A stretch of DNA of 64,000 nucleotides from a virus. Below, piece by piece: positions 26,605 to 37,340 of this stretch (within the stretch, counting starts at the first letter, position 1; every line of letters starts with the position of its first letter). The stretch lies in IMG/VR virus record IMGVR_UViG_3300025141_000021, one strand, 5' to 3'. Under the pieces are notes generated by a model that was given only the letters and a program-made list of their open reading frames with translations, ran no database searches and was not told the origin of the DNA. The translations under genes were made by a program, and so were the position numbers.

Positions 26605-27178
26605 GCGTTATAACGGCCTTTCCTAGTTTTACCAATGTTTCTTCATAAACTCGCTTTGTGGTTGTAACGTCACCCAGAAGAGCAAGGTATTCATTAATAT
26701 ATTCCACTCGCACTCCCCTTAAATTATCAACGGTGCCATCCCAACTCATTGTTACAACGGCTGAATCAACTTCGTATTCAGGATAAAGCCTTTCTAGCAA
26801 AGAGTGTATTTCACGAACTTTTTCAGCGGTTTTGGGTGCTTTCTCGCTATCCAAATTCAGATTGCACTTACATTCTCGATAGTATAGTTTGTACCCAACT
26901 GCAAAAAGAATATCAACATCTTTGTTGCCTCGCGCTTTTCGTACAAGACCCTTCTCTTCATGAATATATTGCTTATATTCAGAGGTTGTAATTGCATCAA
27001 CGCCGGGTGCTATATCTGCCAAATTATTTAGCCAGTCTTCAAAACTATTGCCGATGCGAATCAGTACCGACTGATTTAAATCTGGTCGACGAAGCAGTCT
27101 CTTGATAAGTGATCCGGATTGCGTTGGAGGGTAATAGCCGCCCACAGTTTCCAACAAATTTTCCATATTATTATTCAT
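26588..27178 (-). CDS. Putative PD-(D/E)xK nuclease (restriction endonuclease-like)
   Basis: FEDW...DVDIL...RECK pattern; overlaps the MTase start. Confidence 0.45.
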   Translation of the reverse strand: MNNNMENLLETVGGYYPPTQSGSLIKRLLRRPDLNQSVLIRIGNSFEDWLNNLADIAPGVDAITTSEYKQYIHEEKGLVRKARGNKDVDILFAVGYKLYYRECKCNLNLDSEKAPKTAEKVREIHSLLERLYPEYEVDSAVVTMSWDGTVDNLRGVRVEYINEYLALLGDVTTTKRVYEETLVKLGKAVITHAPNN

Positions 27179-27182
27179 GTTA

Positions 27183-30100
27183 TTATCCTAACATTACAAA
27201 ATTGTATTTAATTGATCTGGTTGAAAATCCCCATTGCGGATCGTGATTTAGCTTTGCCATATACACACGATTAGCACGAAGTACATCCCATCGTTTTACA
27301 CCCCAACATCGAATTCTTGTCACGGTGCTTGTAGAATCGATTGTCTCAACAACCAAATATTCGCTTCCATTCTTTGTTTGTCGCCTCTCAATTTTTCTAG
27401 GAATAAACCACACAGGTACATCACTATTATACAACGGATCGGCCGGATCGTACAACCCTAAAGGTGAAATAAATCGCTTTTCTAGGCCGGCCCTAATCTT
27501 GTCGCTCATGACAAGCTCTATTGGAAAAACACCGGTTAAATCAACTAGGTGCTGGATTTTTTCTTCGTCCGTGAAGTCTCCTTCGCCCTTAAAATATTCA
27601 ATGCCTTCTTTAAATTTCTTAGCATTCTTTGGGCGTTCAACTGCGACCGCTGCCCAAAAATGTTTAAGCCCACTAAACCGATCATCCATCAACGAGTTCA
27701 GTGTCTGAGAACGAATGAGAGCGTCTAAAGCCTTTTTGTTTAGTTTGCTGTAGACAATGTTTTCATTGAAAATAAACTCGTCGATTGTGTGAAATGGACG
27801 ACATTCAATAATCTGTTCAATCGCCACACTTCCCAGCCCCTTAATTGAAGTGAGGGGCTGAATTAAAGTTTTGCTGTCCGCCGATATCTCCCACACTGTC
27901 CCAGAAGTATTAATGTTGAGCGGCTCAATATTAAAGCCAAACTTCTTGGCTATGTTAATGGCCTTCTCTTTTCTTCCCTCTGGTTCTTTGTCCAAAAATG
28001 CGGCCATCCACTCAGCCGGATAATAATTTAGAAGCCATGCACACTGAAAAGACAAAACACAATATGAAACTGCGTGAGACTTGTTAAAGCCATATCCACT
28101 GAAGTATTCAAATTTTTGCCATAGGCCTTCGGCCTCGGAACGGCGTATCTTCTTTTCAACACAGCCCTCAATAAATTTAGTGTACAGATTTCTTTTTACC
28201 TCTGCTTCCTTGCCAGTGCCCTTTTTCGTCAAGACTTTGCGAAGCAGGTTGGCTTCATCGAGAGATAGATTCTTTCCCAAACGATGTGCCAATAAAGCAA
28301 TCTGCTCTTGGAAAATCAAAAACCCATAAGTTTCTTCCGTAATGTCACAAACAGTATCGTTAAGATAACTTATGTTGGCTGGGCTAGCCTTGGCATCAAT
28401 ATACTGTTCATGCACATTTGCTGCTAATGGACCCGGCCGATAAATCGATGTGATAGCGGCCAAGTCGATAAGGCTGGTTGGTGCTGCCCTCTTGCAAAAA
28501 TCTTGTGCACCAGTTTCGGTAAACTGGAATATTCCGGCCCACTTGCCTTTATGAAATATGTTTTTCCAAACTTTCTGATCATTAAAATCTACGCTATCAG
28601 GATGAAGTTCCTCGTTATAAAACTTCTGCACATCCTCGTGTCCTGGCGATTCAATCCCGTGGTGCCTTTTTAAAATATGTCTAATTGCACCATCAATCAT
28701 CCGAAGAGAGGCCAAACCTAAAACGTCAAACTTAATAAACCCCATTGGTTCTAAGTGACGCACATTCTGGCCTTCTGCCCACGGAGTTTGCCTGACGCCG
28801 CCACTGTTAATGAGCGGCATCCACCTATCCAAGTCCTCTCCAATAACAACGCCGCCAGCATGACGAGAAGCTGATCGAGTTTGTCCATGCAAAGTTTCAA
28901 CGTGAGTTTTAATAAATGGGTACTTGGCCAAGTATGCCTGTAGAGACTTACTATACTTCATAACTTCTTCAAAAGTCGGTACGTATACGCCGGCCTTAAT
29001 GCCGTGCGCTTGCTTAGCGGGACCGGTGGCTTCGAACATCATTTTGCTAGTTATTTCGTTCGTTTCCTTCCAGGGAACCCCGAAGAACTTTGAGATATCT
29101 TTGATTAGGCTCCGCAGCTTGAGTGTGTTCCAATTAGAAATTGGTGCAACTCTGTTATCTCCCCATGATTCTACCAAAAGCTCTTTGAGAACCATTGGAT
29201 CTGATACATCATAATCAATATCTGGATAGTCTGTTGCATCCTTTCTCAGAAATCTCTCAAAAAGAAGCCCCCATCTAATCGGATCAATTTGGGTAATGTT
29301 TAAGAGATAAGCAACCAAAGAGCCTGCTGCTGAACCTCGACCTGGGCCGGTCAATTGAAGGTCATTGGCCTTGTCGGATATTGCTTTCATTGTCAAAAAA
29401 TATTTGCTGAACCCTCTGTCATTAATGACCTTAAGTTCTGATTTTAAACGATTTTCATAAATCTCTTTTCCAGAAAGAGACAACCTCTTCATTCCCTCGG
29501 CGCTCAACTTTATAAGTGCTTGGTCTGCTGTCATTCCGTCTGGAACGACAAAATCCGGCAATCTAACTGTGTTGTCTGGAGTGAATTCTTCAATTCGTTC
29601 ATAAGCAATTACGAACGTTTCCTTAATAGAGGACAAGACTACTTCATCATCATATTCGGCTCCACATCTTTCTGAAAACCTTTTGTAGCTTTCCCACATC
29701 TGGTCACCATTTTTTGGATAGAGTTCCATCCCAAGCTCATCAACTGTTTCCGGAATCACATCGCTTAGATACCCTACCGTAGATGGTTTACCCTTTCCAA
29801 GCCAGCCCAGTCGCTTATAAAGCTCTCTGTCCTTCCATGCTTCTGGCCGCGGATAATGACTATCGGCTGCGGAAATCAACTTGATGCCAAATTCCTTTTG
29901 CATCTGAATGATATATCTATTGAGATCGTGTTGTTCTGGCGCGTCGTTCCATTGCAATTCTCCGTACCACCTGTCTCCAAATATCGACTGCATTTGACGC
30001 GTGGTTTCTCTCATTGCCTCTAGTACTGCCTCTTCGCCCTCTTCTCTATTTTCCCAGTAATTTCCAGCATATACACCACCTAGACACGCAGAAGAAGCGA

Positions 30101-30632
30101 TCACGCCTTCGCTATACTTTTCAAGCATTTTATAATCTAGACGAGGATACCGATAAAAGTTTTCTGCTCTAAAACTCTCTGAAATCATCTTAAAAAGATT
30201 ATTAAGGCCCGTTTGATTTTGCGCCAGCAGGATCAGGTGACGACGGCGATTTAGAACACTCTTAATTGCTTTTTTCGAAGCTTCTTCGTCTTCAATTGTG
30301 GTTGCTGATCTGTCGCCACTTAGCTTCTTTTTCTCGGATTTCGCCTTTTCATATTCTTTTCGCCACTCTTCGATTGAGGGCAAAAAATACGCCTCGACAC
30401 CATAAATCGGCTTAAAGTCCTTGCCTTCCTCCTTCATCTTTTTTGTATGCAACACCTGATAGGCCAAGCCGTTCATGTTGCCGTGATCTGTCAATGCTAG
30501 CGCATCCATGCCGTTCTCATATGCAAAATCCATATGTTCTTGCGGATATCCAATAGCGTCAAAAACGCTTCCCGCTACGCTGTGTGCATGAAGCCCAACG
30601 AAGGGGATTGATGACTTAGTTCTCTCACTCAT
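27183..30632 (-). CDS. dnaE: DNA polymerase III alpha subunit (family C)
   Basis: PHP domain (HAH, TDHG), GPGRGSAAGSLVAY, PDIDYD, HAGGVVI, KFDVLGL and FNKSH. Confidence 0.95.
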   Translation of the reverse strand: MSERTKSSIPFVGLHAHSVAGSVFDAIGYPQEHMDFAYENGMDALALTDHGNMNGLAYQVLHTKKMKEEGKDFKPIYGVEAYFLPSIEEWRKEYEKAKSEKKKLSGDRSATTIEDEEASKKAIKSVLNRRRHLILLAQNQTGLNNLFKMISESFRAENFYRYPRLDYKMLEKYSEGVIASSACLGGVYAGNYWENREEGEEAVLEAMRETTRQMQSIFGDRWYGELQWNDAPEQHDLNRYIIQMQKEFGIKLISAADSHYPRPEAWKDRELYKRLGWLGKGKPSTVGYLSDVIPETVDELGMELYPKNGDQMWESYKRFSERCGAEYDDEVVLSSIKETFVIAYERIEEFTPDNTVRLPDFVVPDGMTADQALIKLSAEGMKRLSLSGKEIYENRLKSELKVINDRGFSKYFLTMKAISDKANDLQLTGPGRGSAAGSLVAYLLNITQIDPIRWGLLFERFLRKDATDYPDIDYDVSDPMVLKELLVESWGDNRVAPISNWNTLKLRSLIKDISKFFGVPWKETNEITSKMMFEATGPAKQAHGIKAGVYVPTFEEVMKYSKSLQAYLAKYPFIKTHVETLHGQTRSASRHAGGVVIGEDLDRWMPLINSGGVRQTPWAEGQNVRHLEPMGFIKFDVLGLASLRMIDGAIRHILKRHHGIESPGHEDVQKFYNEELHPDSVDFNDQKVWKNIFHKGKWAGIFQFTETGAQDFCKRAAPTSLIDLAAITSIYRPGPLAANVHEQYIDAKASPANISYLNDTVCDITEETYGFLIFQEQIALLAHRLGKNLSLDEANLLRKVLTKKGTGKEAEVKRNLYTKFIEGCVEKKIRRSEAEGLWQKFEYFSGYGFNKSHAVSYCVLSFQCAWLLNYYPAEWMAAFLDKEPEGRKEKAINIAKKFGFNIEPLNINTSGTVWEISADSKTLIQPLTSIKGLGSVAIEQIIECRPFHTIDEFIFNENIVYSKLNKKALDALIRSQTLNSLMDDRFSGLKHFWAAVAVERPKNAKKFKEGIEYFKGEGDFTDEEKIQHLVDLTGVFPIELVMSDKIRAGLEKRFISPLGLYDPADPLYNSDVPVWFIPRKIERRQTKNGSEYLVVETIDSTSTVTRIRCWGVKRWDVLRANRVYMAKLNHDPQWGFSTRSIKYNFVMLG

Positions 30633-31509
30633 TATCTACTCCTATAGGATTAAACTCACGATAACTTAAAATTAACTTATGTGGTCTCTTAATCTGTTTT
30701 CTCTCTTCGGATCCTAAAAACTGGCAATAAGATTCCCAGTTATCGATATTGTAATGCCAAGGCAGTTCAACAACCTTAGACTCTTCTATATTAACACAAT
30801 TAAATACTCTGTCAAGGGTAAAAAAGCGTGCTGAAAATCTTTTTTGTATTGGTAAATATTCATTATCTTTATAGTCAGATCCTGGCATTTTTATTCCAGT
30901 ACCCTCGCGCACATTTCTTCGGAATTCGAGCCAGTCCTTGGCATTAAAGGTAAACCCAATATACTCGCCATCCCTTACGGTTTTGCCATTGTGCATCAAA
31001 AGAAAATTCTTTTCATCTTGTATTGCGCTTCGGTGTTCTCTCAAAATTTCCACAGGATACATGCCATATGGAAAACTGACATAATAGCGCTTTGGTGCAA
31101 CCCATCTACTAAGTATAGAACATGTTTTGTACGCTGTCAAGGCCCCATGTACAATACTCCAAGATAAACAGTCTCTTTTATTACGATCTTTGGGGTGGAT
31201 TGGGACATAAAAAATAGAAATTGGTTTTCTACTAGCGGAAGGAAACCTATCAAACTTACGACCGAGCCATATTGGATCCTGTATATAGTCGCCAATTCGG
31301 TGTCGAACCAGCGGGGTGACATCATCATTACAGATAATCCATATTGTTTTGCAGCCGGCCCAAGCACATTCTACAACGGCCTTTTCTACAGCCGTATAGT
31401 TTGGCGCAATTGGCATCAGGCAATCAGACCAGTCAAACTCAAAATCTAAAGGTTGACTAGCAACTGGCACAATCCCGGCTACGTGATGTCTGTTTCCTAT
31501 TGCTTCCAT
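30625..31509 (-). CDS. Divergent nucleotidyltransferase (GT-A/NTP_transferase)-like protein
   Basis: N-terminus AGIVPVA...LMPIA...AGCKTIWIICN resembles NTP-transferase starts. Confidence 0.45.
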   Translation of the reverse strand: MEAIGNRHHVAGIVPVASQPLDFEFDWSDCLMPIAPNYTAVEKAVVECAWAGCKTIWIICNDDVTPLVRHRIGDYIQDPIWLGRKFDRFPSASRKPISIFYVPIHPKDRNKRDCLSWSIVHGALTAYKTCSILSRWVAPKRYYVSFPYGMYPVEILREHRSAIQDEKNFLLMHNGKTVRDGEYIGFTFNAKDWLEFRRNVREGTGIKMPGSDYKDNEYLPIQKRFSARFFTLDRVFNCVNIEESKVVELPWHYNIDNWESYCQFLGSEERKQIKRPHKLILSYREFNPIGVDNE

Positions 31510-32420
31510 AAGTAGCTTTTAAGCTTCTCCAGATAGTTTTCTCTTTCTACCTTTTCGTATTCCATTAATATTTCTTCTTCAGTCTTATAAATAAACTTTA
31601 TAGAATCTGTATCATTGTATAGATTCTTTCCATCTTTGTTTACCTCGCGTTTTGAGGGTTCAACCTTTATTGCAAGATGCTTGTGCTTTTTAGGATCTTT
31701 AGGATCTCGTCCGTTTTTTCGACCCTTGATACCGGCATCCTTCATTATTTTTTTAACTTTAAATTTTACCATTGTGTCCGAGTACTCAAAATCATTTAGT
31801 TGTTTCTCTGTTAGATATGATATTGCTAAAATGTCCTTTTTCTTGTGTTTACCATCAATTCTTTCGGATGGGTAAAAACAAATACGCTTGACAAAATCTG
31901 ATGTGGTTTCTATCAAATCAATATCGTGCATGGCGCCTGAACGAACATCAATCCAGTCTAAAACTCTAAATCTGTCATCAGCGGTCTGCGAAGGAATTGG
32001 TAAACCATTAATGTTCTCGTCATCAAAAACTAATAACTGATTATAGGTCATTTTAGTCAATCTTGAGTTCTTTGTTATTATCTTTAACGTCTTGTTTTCC
32101 TCGATTCTTATCGAATAAACTTTATCAGCTAGCGGCAAAAGACCGGCGAGAGATAAAAAAAATAAAATGCATCTCCACGTTTCGAATTTGGCGCCACCAA
32201 CCTCTTTTTTGCCGGCCAGTGTTGTTATTTTCTGTTCACTGTTAAGCAAACTTATCTTTTGGAGATCCACATCCTTATCAAAAAAATCAGTGTGGAGGGG
32301 CGCCTTATTGACATTTATTATTAATGGTAAATTATTTAAATACGCATAAACTACTGCACTAAGGCTACCGCCAATAACGAGTTTATCAAATTGATAAACA
32401 TGGTTACTTAATGATGCCAA
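31497..32420 (-). CDS. Hypothetical protein with degenerate Rossmann-like N-terminus
   Basis: FDKLVIGGSLSAVVYA. Confidence 0.45.
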   Translation of the reverse strand: MASLSNHVYQFDKLVIGGSLSAVVYAYLNNLPLIINVNKAPLHTDFFDKDVDLQKISLLNSEQKITTLAGKKEVGGAKFETWRCILFFLSLAGLLPLADKVYSIRIEENKTLKIITKNSRLTKMTYNQLLVFDDENINGLPIPSQTADDRFRVLDWIDVRSGAMHDIDLIETTSDFVKRICFYPSERIDGKHKKKDILAISYLTEKQLNDFEYSDTMVKFKVKKIMKDAGIKGRKNGRDPKDPKKHKHLAIKVEPSKREVNKDGKNLYNDTDSIKFIYKTEEEILMEYEKVERENYLEKLKSYLWKQ

Positions 32421-32745
32421 GGACGTAATTCTCCAGAACTAGGTGATATATCACATCTTCATAATCAATTGCCTGCATCATGCTGGTGTTAATAGCTAGA
32501 ATATCTCCTTCTTCGTAAAGCTCAGAAGATTTAGCGTCTGGAGCAAAGGCTACCAGTCTCGCAATCGTATGTTCTTTTGGATCTTTATAGTCCTCTGGCA
32601 ACAATATACCAGTCTCAATCTTTTCTTCAGCGATAGGTTCAACTAAAAAATGACGATTTCTTGGAATTAAACTCTTTTTCATATTATCTCTCTTTCTAAC
32701 CACATTTCGAATATCCACAGTTTTTACAGGAAACGCATCCTTCAA
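32404..32745 (-). CDS. groES: Co-chaperonin GroES-like
   Basis: LIPRNRHFLVEP...TGILLP...GDI...YHLVLENYVLGII; the true start may be MKKSL. Confidence 0.7.
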   Translation of the reverse strand: MKDAFPVKTVDIRNVVRKRDNMKKSLIPRNRHFLVEPIAEEKIETGILLPEDYKDPKEHTIARLVAFAPDAKSSELYEEGDILAINTSMMQAIDYEDVIYHLVLENYVLGIIK

Positions 32746-35119
32746 TATAAATTAGGCCGTCGGTCTTACACTCAGAACAAGTTTTTTCAGACGCTTTTGT
32801 GCCGTCTTTGATATAGTTCTTCAATACTCTCGACACACATTTGGCAAAACTAAATAAATCTGAATCTCTATCCTTTTGCATCTGTTCAACAACATACTGT
32901 ATGCTAGCACCGTGACGAAGCCCCAACGATATCATTCTGGTAAATGCTGAGTGGTCTGGATTATCAAATACTTTCACCAAATCTTTGACAATGATGCTGT
33001 CGCCATTTCGACCAATTTTTAGGTCATATATTGAATTTATCGTCTTTCGTGGATGTTTAACCAGCAAGCCTTCTGTATACTTCTTGGGTAGTTCAATCAA
33101 ATTCGAGGCGCCTCCCATAACCTCATACGGCTTGCCCTCCATTAATCCAACCATAATTATCCATCTTTCTCCCTGAATCGTCGTGTGGTGAATGTTGCAA
33201 GGAAGTTCAATTGGTCGTCGAGGGGCTTTATGCTGTGGAAACACTTCCGTGCCCCTTTTCTTTGTAACCAAAACGCCGCTGCGAGATCCATCAACATAAA
33301 CCGTTAACCCCTTCAGTCCCAGTTTCCAGCCCTGAAAATATAATTCACCAACAACTTCTGGCGTGGTGTCAGAAGGTAGATTAATGGTTGAACTAATCGA
33401 ATGGTCGATGTTTTTCTGAATTACTGCTTGAACTGCAATTCGCCTTGTCCAATCGATACTGTTTGATTCCACAAAAAAATCTGGTGGTTGGTCAGGATCC
33501 TCAAACGGGTGCCAATTTAGCCAATCCTGTACGTTGTGGTGAAAAACCTTATATTCTGACCACTTGTCTCCCAGATCATCGATAAAATCCGCTTCAACGT
33601 CTTGTTCGTCGTGCGAAAGTTTTCTACGTCGAATATACCAGTTTCGAAATACCGGCTCCAAGCCAGAACTGGTCTGAGACATAATTGAAACAGAGCCGGT
33701 TGGCGCATTAGTCAGAATTGAAATGTTTCTTCTCCCATGCTTCGCAATCAAGTTCTTAAGAGGATCTGGCAATCGTTGGATATAATGATTGTTTTTCTCT
33801 AGCTCCCAATCAAATACAGAAAAGGCGCCTCGTTCTTGAGCTAGTCTAACACTTTCATAATATGCGGCATTCCTAGTCGTTTCGTAAATTTTTTCAATAA
33901 CCTTTATCGCTTCGTCGGAATCGTACCGTAGCCCTAGCCTAGCAATTGCATCTGCTAATCCATGGGTACCCAGGCCGGTGCGGCGACCAGAAATACACGC
34001 ATTTAATAAGCTTGTCCACAGCTTTATTTCATCGGGCGTGTCACAGCTTTGAATTAAATGATCTAGTTTTTCAATCTCCAGTTCAACAAGATCGTCGGAT
34101 AGCCGCATCCCCATACGAGCGATTTCTCCTAGTTTAACAAAATTAAATTCTGCATCATTCTCGAACGGGTTGTCAACTAAGTGCTTGAGGTTAATAGATA
34201 TTAATCTGCAGCTATCGTATGCCGATAGTGGTATTTCTCCACATGGGTTTGTGGTTATAGTCTCAAAGCCCTTATCTTTATACGAATGTGCCGGAAGATT
34301 GTTAATTATATTGTCCCACATTAAAAGCCCAGGCTCGGCGGTAGTTGTTGCGGAATTTATAATCGTATTCCAGAGTTCTTCTGCTTCTATCTCTTTTGTG
34401 TGAGTTGGGTTGTCAGAGCCTATTGGAAAATGCAAAGTAAACTTCTCTTTATTTTCGACAGCTGACATGAAAGAATTGTTTATTTTCACTGAAACATTCG
34501 CTCCTGTGACTTTAGTGAGATCTTTCTTCATTACAACAAATTTCTCAATATCGGGATGGCGAATATCCATCGATATCATTAATGCGCCCCTGCGGCCATT
34601 TTGGCCAATCATACGGCAGACATAAGAATAGAAATCAGCGAAAGACCAAGCTCCAGTAGTAGTCCTAGCAGAATTATTAACAATAGCACCTTCAGGCCGA
34701 AGATTAGAAATGTCCAGACCAACTCCACAACGGCGCTTAAAGAGATTAGCGAGATCTTTACCAGCATCCACAATAGAGGAAATGTTATCTTGAGGACTAT
34801 CAACAACAACACAATTAGACAGAGATACATTAACATGATTATTTCCAATTCCCATCATAGGAGACCCTTGAGGGACAATATGCTTAAATTTATGCAAAGC
34901 GTCATATATTTCTTCTGTAGTAAGCGCTTCGCCACCAAACTTTTGTTCTATTCTGGCAAACTCTTTTGTTAAACGTTTGTGCATATCATCTGGCGTTTTC
35001 TCCAAAAATTCGCCATTTGTATCTTTAAGACAATATTTTGTCATAAAAACGTTTGTTGCCAGTTCATCGCCGCCAAAATATTCGAGCGTAGCCTCTCTTA
35101 CCTCTTTGCTATCATACAT
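32696..35119 (-). CDS. nrdJ: Class II (B12-dependent) ribonucleotide reductase
   Basis: SLSNC, TTNPCGEIPL, GLGTHG and APTGSVS; C-terminal Zn ribbon; no beta subunit nearby. Confidence 0.85.
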   Translation of the reverse strand: MYDSKEVREATLEYFGGDELATNVFMTKYCLKDTNGEFLEKTPDDMHKRLTKEFARIEQKFGGEALTTEEIYDALHKFKHIVPQGSPMMGIGNNHVNVSLSNCVVVDSPQDNISSIVDAGKDLANLFKRRCGVGLDISNLRPEGAIVNNSARTTTGAWSFADFYSYVCRMIGQNGRRGALMISMDIRHPDIEKFVVMKKDLTKVTGANVSVKINNSFMSAVENKEKFTLHFPIGSDNPTHTKEIEAEELWNTIINSATTTAEPGLLMWDNIINNLPAHSYKDKGFETITTNPCGEIPLSAYDSCRLISINLKHLVDNPFENDAEFNFVKLGEIARMGMRLSDDLVELEIEKLDHLIQSCDTPDEIKLWTSLLNACISGRRTGLGTHGLADAIARLGLRYDSDEAIKVIEKIYETTRNAAYYESVRLAQERGAFSVFDWELEKNNHYIQRLPDPLKNLIAKHGRRNISILTNAPTGSVSIMSQTSSGLEPVFRNWYIRRRKLSHDEQDVEADFIDDLGDKWSEYKVFHHNVQDWLNWHPFEDPDQPPDFFVESNSIDWTRRIAVQAVIQKNIDHSISSTINLPSDTTPEVVGELYFQGWKLGLKGLTVYVDGSRSGVLVTKKRGTEVFPQHKAPRRPIELPCNIHHTTIQGERWIIMVGLMEGKPYEVMGGASNLIELPKKYTEGLLVKHPRKTINSIYDLKIGRNGDSIIVKDLVKVFDNPDHSAFTRMISLGLRHGASIQYVVEQMQKDRDSDLFSFAKCVSRVLKNYIKDGTKASEKTCSECKTDGLIYIEGCVSCKNCGYSKCG

Positions 35120-36503
35120 CTTTACTATCTCCCTTTTTTTGATTGCGATATTGTTTATACTTTTCTCTTAATGTTTTTGCCTCTTCCTTGGCTGAATTTT
35201 GCGCAATTTCTCCTATTGTTTCTCCAGTTGGGTCCAACACCTCAATTGCAACGTTACTTGGGTCCATAAAAATCGGATATATCAAGCCGTCTGGCCCGTT
35301 TCTATTTTTTGCTATAAAAATCCGGCCGCCTTTGGTATTTTTATCCTCGATGGTGCGAGAAACAGAAAATATGAAATCAGCTACGAAACATTTACTAAAT
35401 GCTTCCGATATCGACTCCATGGTTATGACTTCGGCGTTTAATCCAGAACGATTTGTCTGAGAAGCCGTCCAAATCGGACATTCAAATTCTTGAGCCATGC
35501 CTCGCAGTTCTTCATAAATAGATTCCAGGTCGTGTCTCTTCTCTCTGGTTACAGTAACCGGCTTAAGTAAATCTCCGTAGTCTACGATCACCATATCGAT
35601 ATCCATACCCCGTTGCCTAAGCTTCTCAAGATGGCTTTTAATAGTTCTGGTTGAGGCAGACTTGGTTGGGTATTCTTTTACGACTAGAGTGCCCTTTATA
35701 TCTTTTACCGCTTCAAACACTTTCTCTTTCATTGGGATTAAATCACCAAGATCAATACTGGTAATACAACTATCATATCGCGAAGCAATAGAAACATCTG
35801 CCAATTCTAAAGTATAGTGCACCACCGTTTTTCCTATTTTCAAAGCCTCGGTGCCGAGATGGACGAGAACCATGGATTTTCCAGCACCAGTAGGAGAGAT
35901 AACAACGCCAAGTTCGCCTTTTCCCAGCCCATTTCTAGATATGAGATCGATCTGGTCCCAGCCAGTCGTGATTGGACTTCGCGATTTAATTTGAAATCTC
36001 TCTTCAAAGTCTTTAACGTAGTCATACCCATAATCGTTGTTGGCGCCAAGTTTAAGCGCATCATTAATTACCTTCGAAACATCGTCAAAGGAAGACTTTT
36101 GCAAAAGTTTAACAGATTTTACAATCGCCTCTTTCAGCTTTTGTTTTCTACAAAAATCTAGTGACTGCTCTTTGATATAATCGGCATCGTGTATCGGCGT
36201 TGTGCACTTGCTGATTCTTACAAAATAATCTCTAATTGCCTTTTTTGTGGTCTCGGATTCATCTTCAAATTCCGTTCGAACTATTGTGTACATTATTTTA
36301 TAAGAAGGGTGTACACCATATCTCTCACGATATGCAAAAATTTTATTTGTAAATGCTTGTAAGTACTTGAGTTCTAAAAAATTTATGTCTAGTACTTCTT
36401 GCATCTGATCGCAAAAAGTCCTCTCTTCCAGAATGAGCTGAGTTAAGTTTTCTTGGAAATGTTTTCCAAACTTTGAAAAGTTATCTGTCTCATATAGATT
36501 CAC
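35112..36503 (-). CDS. DnaB-like replicative helicase (gp41-like)
   Basis: Walker A SPTGAGKS, VIVDYGD, WTASQTNR and KNRNG. Confidence 0.92.
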   Translation of the reverse strand: MNLYETDNFSKFGKHFQENLTQLILEERTFCDQMQEVLDINFLELKYLQAFTNKIFAYRERYGVHPSYKIMYTIVRTEFEDESETTKKAIRDYFVRISKCTTPIHDADYIKEQSLDFCRKQKLKEAIVKSVKLLQKSSFDDVSKVINDALKLGANNDYGYDYVKDFEERFQIKSRSPITTGWDQIDLISRNGLGKGELGVVISPTGAGKSMVLVHLGTEALKIGKTVVHYTLELADVSIASRYDSCITSIDLGDLIPMKEKVFEAVKDIKGTLVVKEYPTKSASTRTIKSHLEKLRQRGMDIDMVIVDYGDLLKPVTVTREKRHDLESIYEELRGMAQEFECPIWTASQTNRSGLNAEVITMESISEAFSKCFVADFIFSVSRTIEDKNTKGGRIFIAKNRNGPDGLIYPIFMDPSNVAIEVLDPTGETIGEIAQNSAKEEAKTLREKYKQYRNQKKGDSKDV

Positions 36504-36529
36504 GAATTCTCCTTAAAACTGTACACTTG

Positions 36530-36558
36530 ATAATACTACAAATTTCGAATTTCGTCAA
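36530..36558 (-). promoter_or_regulatory. Sigma70-type promoter for the helicase/RNR/dnaE operon
   Basis: TTGACG-17 nt-TATTAT. Confidence 0.55.
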
Positions 36559-36563
36559 GGCAT

Positions 36564-37340
36564 CTATTGATGAATTGACATTTTTCTATCATATGCGTTT
36601 CGTTTGATATCGTTTAGCTTAGCAAGATAATCTTCGCGGCGCAGAACTTTAAATGCGAGATTTTCAACCGAAAACGCGCCACCGGTTTCTAGCCCGGTTT
36701 TCCTCATTCTTCGAATTTTGTCTTTCAGCCTTTCGACGGAACTTATCGCCAAATCATGTTCTTCTTCATCAAAAAGATCTTCAATTCGATCTATTTCGTC
36801 CATTAGGCCGGCTGCTTTGAGTCTTATTTGAGATTCGTCAAAATCTTCAACACTTCGCGAAGGGCGCAAAATCCACGCATCGCTCATAATTGAATAAAGG
36901 CCCGTGGATGCATGTGGTTCCGTGTTGTCTTGTACATAAAGCTCAACTTCAAAACCGTGAATCTCTATCTGATGTTCTCTGTTCCAAAGGGCGCGCTTAG
37001 CATTTAAGTATTCGCGTACCAAATCCTCATTTTCATCAACTTGGGCGTAATCTACAATAATGTGTAAATCAATGTCCGAAAACCTCGACCAGTTATAATT
37101 TGCCAGCGATCCGGTCAAAACAATATCTAATGTGTCGACCCATGGAATTGCAAGCCATTGCCAAAAATCTTCTACTATTTCAAGTAAATTTTTGACGATT
37201 TCGGGATTCATCTTTTCGTTATTGTCAACCCATACCTTTTGGTTTAAGTCATCCTGAACTTCGAAACTGGAAAGGTCTATAGCATCAGGATCGACATCCT
37301 CCTGTACGTATTTCTGCCAGTTTTCAATTAGGGCCCTCAT
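36564..37340 (-). CDS. Pol-beta-superfamily nucleotidyltransferase with ENW leader
   Basis: LTGSLANYNW..SDIDLH...ELYVQD; probable start MRALIENWQKYVQE at 37340 (ATGA overlap). Confidence 0.78.
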   Translation of the reverse strand: MRALIENWQKYVQEDVDPDAIDLSSFEVQDDLNQKVWVDNNEKMNPEIVKNLLEIVEDFWQWLAIPWVDTLDIVLTGSLANYNWSRFSDIDLHIIVDYAQVDENEDLVREYLNAKRALWNREHQIEIHGFEVELYVQDNTEPHASTGLYSIMSDAWILRPSRSVEDFDESQIRLKAAGLMDEIDRIEDLFDEEEHDLAISSVERLKDKIRRMRKTGLETGGAFSVENLAFKVLRREDYLAKLNDIKRNAYDRKMSIHQ

